Shown here: positions 60,830 to 64,000 of the stretch, one piece after another | Position numbering within the stretch: position 1 is the first letter of the stretch | Layout: every line of letters begins with the position of its first letter | Virus record (IMG/VR): IMGVR_UViG_3300023184_005116 | Location: 38,758 to 102,757 of that record | Reading direction: 5' to 3' (one strand) | DNA from: a virus | Length of the DNA stretch: 64,000 nt | The notes under the pieces: model-generated | What the model saw: the letters and a program-made list of their open reading frames with translations, nothing else | What the model was told of the DNA's origin: nothing | Databases searched by the model: none | Position numbers and translations under genes: made by a program

Positions 60830-60877
60830 TAACGGATGAGTGTAAAAAATCGTTTTAATGTTTTTTACACTTTGTTA
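60830..60877 (-). repeat. attC-like site, short class (48 bp)
   Basis: TAAC ggatg AGTGTAAAAAA tcgttttaatg TTTTTTACACT tt GTTA. Confidence 0.85.
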
Positions 60878-60905
60878 TAAGTATGTAAAACAAAAATTAT
60901 ACAAT

Positions 60906-61067
60906 ATGAAAGTAAAAATAATAAAAGAACACAATGGAATACCAGAGGGTTCAGTGATACATGTGGAAAAAGAATTGAAAAACGATTACAAAGGAATTTG
61001 GTCAAGTATGATGGGTTCTTATACAGTTAAGGTAAAGAAGAAATATTGTGAAATTAAAAACTCATAA
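60906..61067 (+). CDS. Cassette hypothetical protein
   Basis: 53 aa from ATG 60906. Confidence 0.55.
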   Translation: MKVKIIKEHNGIPEGSVIHVEKELKNDYKGIWSSMMGSYTVKVKKKYCEIKNS

Positions 61068-61085
61068 TTTTTGTTTTATTACTTA

Positions 61086-61211
61086 TAACGTATGGCAGCT
61101 AAACGCTGTTGGAGATTTGAAACACTAAATTATAAACTTAAAATAAAATTAATATGAAAAACAAAACTTCAAACTTAGACAAAACCGCCAATAGCGATTT
61201 AGGTGTTGTTA
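61086..61211 (-). repeat. attC-like site, long class (126 bp)
   Basis: TAACG...CTAAACGCTGTTGG ... CCAATAGCGATTTAG...TGTTA. Confidence 0.75.
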
Positions 61212-61384
61212 GCGGTAGTTTAACTCATATTCCACTATTTCAGTATATTGCTGCGGTGGAAGCACATAAGAACACGTTAGATTTACTTGCAATAGTACAA
61301 AATGACAAAAAGGAATTGAAATTAGATTTAGAAGCAGCATATAAAGAAATTGACCGATTGAACGTCAAACTAAATTACCGCTAA
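61154..61384 (+). CDS. Cassette coiled-coil protein
   Basis: Starts inside the attC loop and reads GVVSGS across the core; stop is the TAA of TAAC. Confidence 0.6.
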   Translation: MKNKTSNLDKTANSDLGVVSGSLTHIPLFQYIAAVEAHKNTLDLLAIVQNDKKELKLDLEAAYKEIDRLNVKLNYR

Positions 61385-61429
61385 CGTCCCATGATAAACA
61401 ATCGTTTTAATGTTGTTTATCATTTGTTA
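61382..61429 (-). repeat. attC-like site, short class (48 bp)
   Basis: TAAC gtccc ATGATAAACAA tcgttttaatg TTGTTTATCAT tt GTTA. Confidence 0.85.
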
Positions 61430-61472
61430 GGTTTTGTCATTAATTTGTTTTACCTTTGTAAAAATTAAAAAT

Positions 61473-61691
61473 ATGGAAAATAAAAACACAAACGAAGAAC
61501 TTGAGTATTTTCAAAATAAACTCAAGGAAACTATGGGTAAAGGATTACCTAAAAAATATCTTGAAACAACTGACTTGGGTGAAGTCGATAAGGAATATAA
61601 ACATAGATTCAAAGAACGAATTGAAAAACACTTAACAGAAGTTGATAGAATTAAAAATATGATAGGCGATTCAAAACAAATTAATGATTGA
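61473..61691 (+). CDS. Cassette hypothetical protein
   Basis: 72 aa from ATG 61473; TACCTTTG at 61451 matches the Bacteroidota -7 element. Confidence 0.55.
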   Translation: MENKNTNEELEYFQNKLKETMGKGLPKKYLETTDLGEVDKEYKHRFKERIEKHLTEVDRIKNMIGDSKQIND

Positions 61692-61694
61692 ACC

Positions 61695-61781
61695 TAACGG
61701 TTGGGTATATACGAAGTACCCATATCACGAACTTTAAATTTAGTACAAACCTTAATGGGGTATTTCGTATATACCTTGTTA
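61695..61781 (-). repeat. attC-like site, medium class (87 bp)
   Basis: TAAC ggttg GGTATATACGAAGTACC ... GGTATTTCGTATATACC tt GTTA. Confidence 0.85.
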
Positions 61782-61796
61782 TAAACTGTAAAAATT

Positions 61797-61985
61797 ATGG
61801 ATTTAACACACGAACAAAAATTAGAAAAGAAACAAATAGTTAGAGATGAACTGAAAGGGAAGATAAAACATCTTTATATGTCATTTCTAAGTGAAATGGA
61901 AACACAATATCCACCTTGGTTAAATAAAGATGATGTTATTAATGTTTTGTCTTCCCTGATATTAGATGAGACGAAACTTAAATAA
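61797..61985 (+). CDS. Cassette hypothetical protein
   Basis: 62 aa ORF filling one cassette. Confidence 0.55.
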   Translation: MDLTHEQKLEKKQIVRDELKGKIKHLYMSFLSEMETQYPPWLNKDDVINVLSSLILDETKLK

Positions 61986-61998
61986 TTTTTATTGTTTA

Positions 61999-62046
61999 TA
62001 ACGATTGCAAATAAAACATCGTTTTAATGTGTTTTATTTGTTGTTA
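61999..62046 (-). repeat. attC-like site, short class (48 bp)
   Basis: TAAC gattg CAAATAAAACA tcgttttaatg TGTTTTATTTG tt GTTA. Confidence 0.85.
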
Positions 62047-62083
62047 TGTTTTAGTTTTAAAAATTTTATACAAATAAAAAAAT

Positions 62084-62329
62084 ATGAAATACGAAAGAGA
62101 ATACCAAGTGTTTGCAAAAGAAATAACCGATAAGTTTATATCAATGGTTACTGGTGAATTACCAACGCAATGTTTTTGTGGAGAAATGTCTGATGGGCCA
62201 AGTAGAATACCAACAGAAGAAGAGCAACGAGAATTTTTTAAAGAAAATAACAAATATGCGTTGGAGTGGTTGAACAAAAATATGGTGACTTATGACGAGT
62301 GGATTGCGAAGCATAAAACAAATTCATAA
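62084..62329 (+). CDS. Cassette hypothetical protein
   Basis: 81 aa ORF filling one cassette. Confidence 0.6.
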   Translation: MKYEREYQVFAKEITDKFISMVTGELPTQCFCGEMSDGPSRIPTEEEQREFFKENNKYALEWLNKNMVTYDEWIAKHKTNS

Positions 62330-62347
62330 AATTTTTAAAATTAAACA

Positions 62348-62434
62348 TAACGGTTGGGTATTGGCGAAGTGCCACCAGTACAAACTTAAATTCAAGGCAC
62401 AAACTATCTGTGGCATTTTGCCAATACTGTGTTA
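62348..62434 (-). repeat. attC-like site, medium class (87 bp)
   Basis: TAAC ggttgg GTATTGGCGAAGTGCCAC ... GTGGCATTTTGCCAATAC tgt GTTA. Confidence 0.85.
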
Positions 62435-62480
62435 TAGGTAGTTGTTTTAAAAATTAGCGTTGGCATTAAATGGTTTAAAT

Positions 62481-62762
62481 ATGAAAATTCCAAATACAAC
62501 AGACGAAAAACCTTATATTGAATTTAGAATTGATAAAAAAGGTAAAATTAAATTATCAGCTACATCAAATTGGTGGGGAGGAAAAAATGCTGGTTTCTCA
62601 TCTTCTGATGGAACGGAAGGTAATACTTGCGAACCAAAGCATTTAAAAGCATACATTAAAGCATTTAAAGAGAAAAAGATTAAGAATATTGAGAAAGAAA
62701 TTTTAGCATTACAAAAGCAATTAGAAGTTGTTGAATCTGAAACCGAGCGTTGGGATTTTTAA
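62481..62762 (+). CDS. Cassette hypothetical protein
   Basis: 93 aa from ATG 62481 (alternative GTG 62460). Confidence 0.6.
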   Translation: MKIPNTTDEKPYIEFRIDKKGKIKLSATSNWWGGKNAGFSSSDGTEGNTCEPKHLKAYIKAFKEKKIKNIEKEILALQKQLEVVESETERWDF

Positions 62763-62774
62763 AACAATTACCTA

Positions 62775-62900
62775 TAACGTTTTGCGGCTAACAGAAGTTG
62801 GCGATTACGAAGCACAAATTTTCAATTATAAAAAAAATTAAATACAAAGCAATGAACTACAATAAACCACAAAGCCGCCAATTTTTGTTAGGTGCTGTTA
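62775..62900 (-). repeat. attC-like site, long class (126 bp)
   Basis: TAACG...CTAACAGAAGTTGGCG ... CGCCAATTTTTGTTAG...TGTTA. Confidence 0.8.
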
Positions 62901-63091
62901 TAGGTAGTATTTTGAGGTTGGGTTTCAAGATTATTAATTGCAATCACTTTAAAATGAAAGCACATAACGGTAAACCTTATTATAAAAGTATTGTAAAAAT
63001 TAAGGGATTTAGAACTGCTGTCGTTGACAGATATGATGGAAATAGAAGTACAAATAGGTTTTATTGGCGTGTCGGCAAATATTACCTATAA
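62852..63091 (+). CDS. Cassette basic protein
   Basis: MNYNKPQSRQFLLGAVIGS...; starts inside the attC loop; stop is the TAA of TAAC. Confidence 0.6.
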   Translation: MNYNKPQSRQFLLGAVIGSILRLGFKIINCNHFKMKAHNGKPYYKSIVKIKGFRTAVVDRYDGNRSTNRFYWRVGKYYL

Positions 63092-63136
63092 CGGTTGATG
63101 ATAAACAATCGTTTTAATGTTGTTTATCATTTGTTA
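63089..63136 (-). repeat. attC-like site, short class (48 bp)
   Basis: TAAC ggttg ATGATAAACAA tcgttttaatg TTGTTTATCAT tt GTTA. Confidence 0.85.
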
Positions 63137-63179
63137 TAAGTATGTATTATTTTTGTTTTACCTATTAAAAAATTAAATT

Positions 63180-63395
63180 ATGACACAAGAAAAACTAATT
63201 GAAATTTGGGACACTATACCAAATAAACATAAAAATTATAGTGGGGTTGAGGTAGTTGGTGAAATTGAAATTATGGGATATTTCACGAGAAAAGAATTAG
63301 ATGTTGCTGAGAAAAAAGGTTGGTTGTATAATAATCATGCTGAGTATGATATGGGAGAACCATCTTATAATTTAATAAACTCAAAACAAAAATAA
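63180..63395 (+). CDS. Cassette hypothetical protein
   Basis: 71 aa ORF filling one cassette. Confidence 0.6.
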   Translation: MTQEKLIEIWDTIPNKHKNYSGVEVVGEIEIMGYFTRKELDVAEKKGWLYNNHAEYDMGEPSYNLINSKQK

Positions 63396-63404
63396 TATTA
63401 CTTA

Positions 63405-63491
63405 TAACGGCTGGGTATATGTGAAGTACCTTACCACAGAACTTAATAATTTAGTAGAAACATTATAAGGTATTTCACATATACCTTGTTA
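63405..63491 (-). repeat. attC-like site, medium class (87 bp)
   Basis: TAAC ggctg GGTATATGTGAAGTACCTTA ... TAAGGTATTTCACATATACC tt GTTA. Confidence 0.85.
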
Positions 63492-63507
63492 TAAAACGTT
63501 TTATTTT

Positions 63508-63723
63508 ATGGAAAATAATATTGAAAAATGGATGAAAGAGTGGGTTGATAGAACATCAAAAGTTAAATATGAAAACTCTTTCAATGAGAAGAGTGATGAA
63601 TGGATTGAGATTGAAGGTATTGGTAGATTTAAAGGACTTGAGATTGTCTCAGAAGAACATCAAGATATAAATGAGATAACAATCAATCTCAAATATGATG
63701 TGTGGGATAAAAATGTTTTATAA
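63508..63723 (+). CDS. Cassette hypothetical protein (integrase-proximal cassette)
   Basis: 71 aa; stop is the TAA of the terminal TAAC. Confidence 0.6.
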   Translation: MENNIEKWMKEWVDRTSKVKYENSFNEKSDEWIEIEGIGRFKGLEIVSEEHQDINEITINLKYDVWDKNVL

Positions 63724-63745
63724 CTATATTATATATGCAACTCTA
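63718..63745 (-). other. Candidate attI-like site
   Basis: The last TAAC is followed by T rather than G and by no hairpin; minus strand reads GAGTTGCATATATAATATAG|TTATAA; lies between array and integrase. Confidence 0.55.
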
Positions 63746-63776
63746 GTTAATTGATTCATTATTAATACTTTAGAAC

Positions 63777-64000
63777 ATGAAAAAGACCGACTATTACAAG
63801 ATTTGCGAACAAAAATTGAAGTACTTGAATTATTCGGACAGAACGGTTGAGTGTTATCTTTCCTATATAAATCAGTTTTTGGATAGAATAGAAATTCCAC
63901 CTACTCGGCTAGGTTCACAAGACTTTCAATCCTATTTGGACAACTATAAATTCACTTCGGTTTCTCAACAGAATCAAGTAATATATGCAATCAGATTTCT
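63777..64000 (+). CDS. intI: Integron-integrase-like tyrosine recombinase, N-terminal SAM-like domain (truncated by window end; not in ORF track)
   Basis: Manual translation MKKTDYYKICEQKLKYLNYSDRTVECYLSYINQFLDRIEIPPTRLGSQDFQSYLDNYKFTSVSQQNQVIYAIRF matches the IntI/Xer N-terminal pattern YSxRTxxxY..P..L....S.SxxNQ...A..F; catalytic domain not visible. Confidence 0.75.
   Translation, partial: MKKTDYYKICEQKLKYLNYSDRTVECYLSYINQFLDRIEIPPTRLGSQDFQSYLDNYKFTSVSQQNQVIYAIRF

Larger units (their letters stand above)
59873..64000 (-). mobile_element. Integron-like element: integrase, attI-like site and array of about 13 cassettes
   Basis: 12 intact TAACG...TGTTA hairpins alternating with short genes; IntI-like ORF at the right end. 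Confidence 0.85.

Noticed and set aside
6658-62277. Many short overlapping or antisense ORFs in the track (e.g. 6658-6915, 11867-12220, 16542-16868, 21838-22179, 31032-31364, 37987-38343, 41818-42234, 55632-55982, 57166-57399, 62044-62277)
   Set aside because: Shadow frames of well-supported genes with no motifs or initiation signals.
59873-63724. CRISPR array or guide-RNA array interpretation of the repeats
   Set aside because: Repeats conserve structure rather than sequence, the intervening segments are 49-350 bp and mostly hold whole ORFs, no cas genes are present, and a recombinase is adjacent.
59873-63724. Hairpins as plain intrinsic terminators
   Set aside because: Invariant TAAC/GTTA ends, fixed size classes, long loops and ORFs reading through them are not terminator features, though some may also affect transcription.
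1-64000. Stop-codon reassignment as in some large phages
   Set aside because: Conserved genes are full length under the standard code, and TAA, TAG and TGA all end genes at sensible positions.

Overview
AT-rich, densely coding, almost entirely + strand segment of a large T4-like (jumbo) myophage genome, standard genetic code. The host is probably Bacteroidota (Hc1-like histone, DUF4494, TAnnTTTG-like promoters, G-start tmRNA tag). 1-12.4 kb: virion structural genes. 12.4-48 kb: replication, recombination and nucleotide genes (RuvC-like, gp32 SSB, primase, UvsY/UvsW, family-B DNA polymerase split into two genes 16 kb apart, dUTPase, NrdA/B, Adk, two-subunit topoisomerase II, clamp, UvsE, DnaJ, Hsp20), interleaved with many genes carrying a T4 capsid-targeting-like N-terminus. 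48-59.8 kb: accessory genes, including ClpP next to a long tmRNA, a GIY-YIG endonuclease and RNA-repair genes. Main result: 59.87-64.0 kb looks like a complete phage-borne integron. An unannotated IntI-like integrase N-terminus (63777 to window end) and an attI-like end site (~63721) lie next to 12 intact plus 1 broken attC-like hairpins in discrete size classes. The cassette genes run antisense to the inferred attC polarity, each cassette body is bracketed by long inverted repeats, and four genes start inside an attC loop and read through the GTT core in a fixed frame. Three promoter motif classes are also visible. All calls come from reading motifs by eye; no database searches were run.
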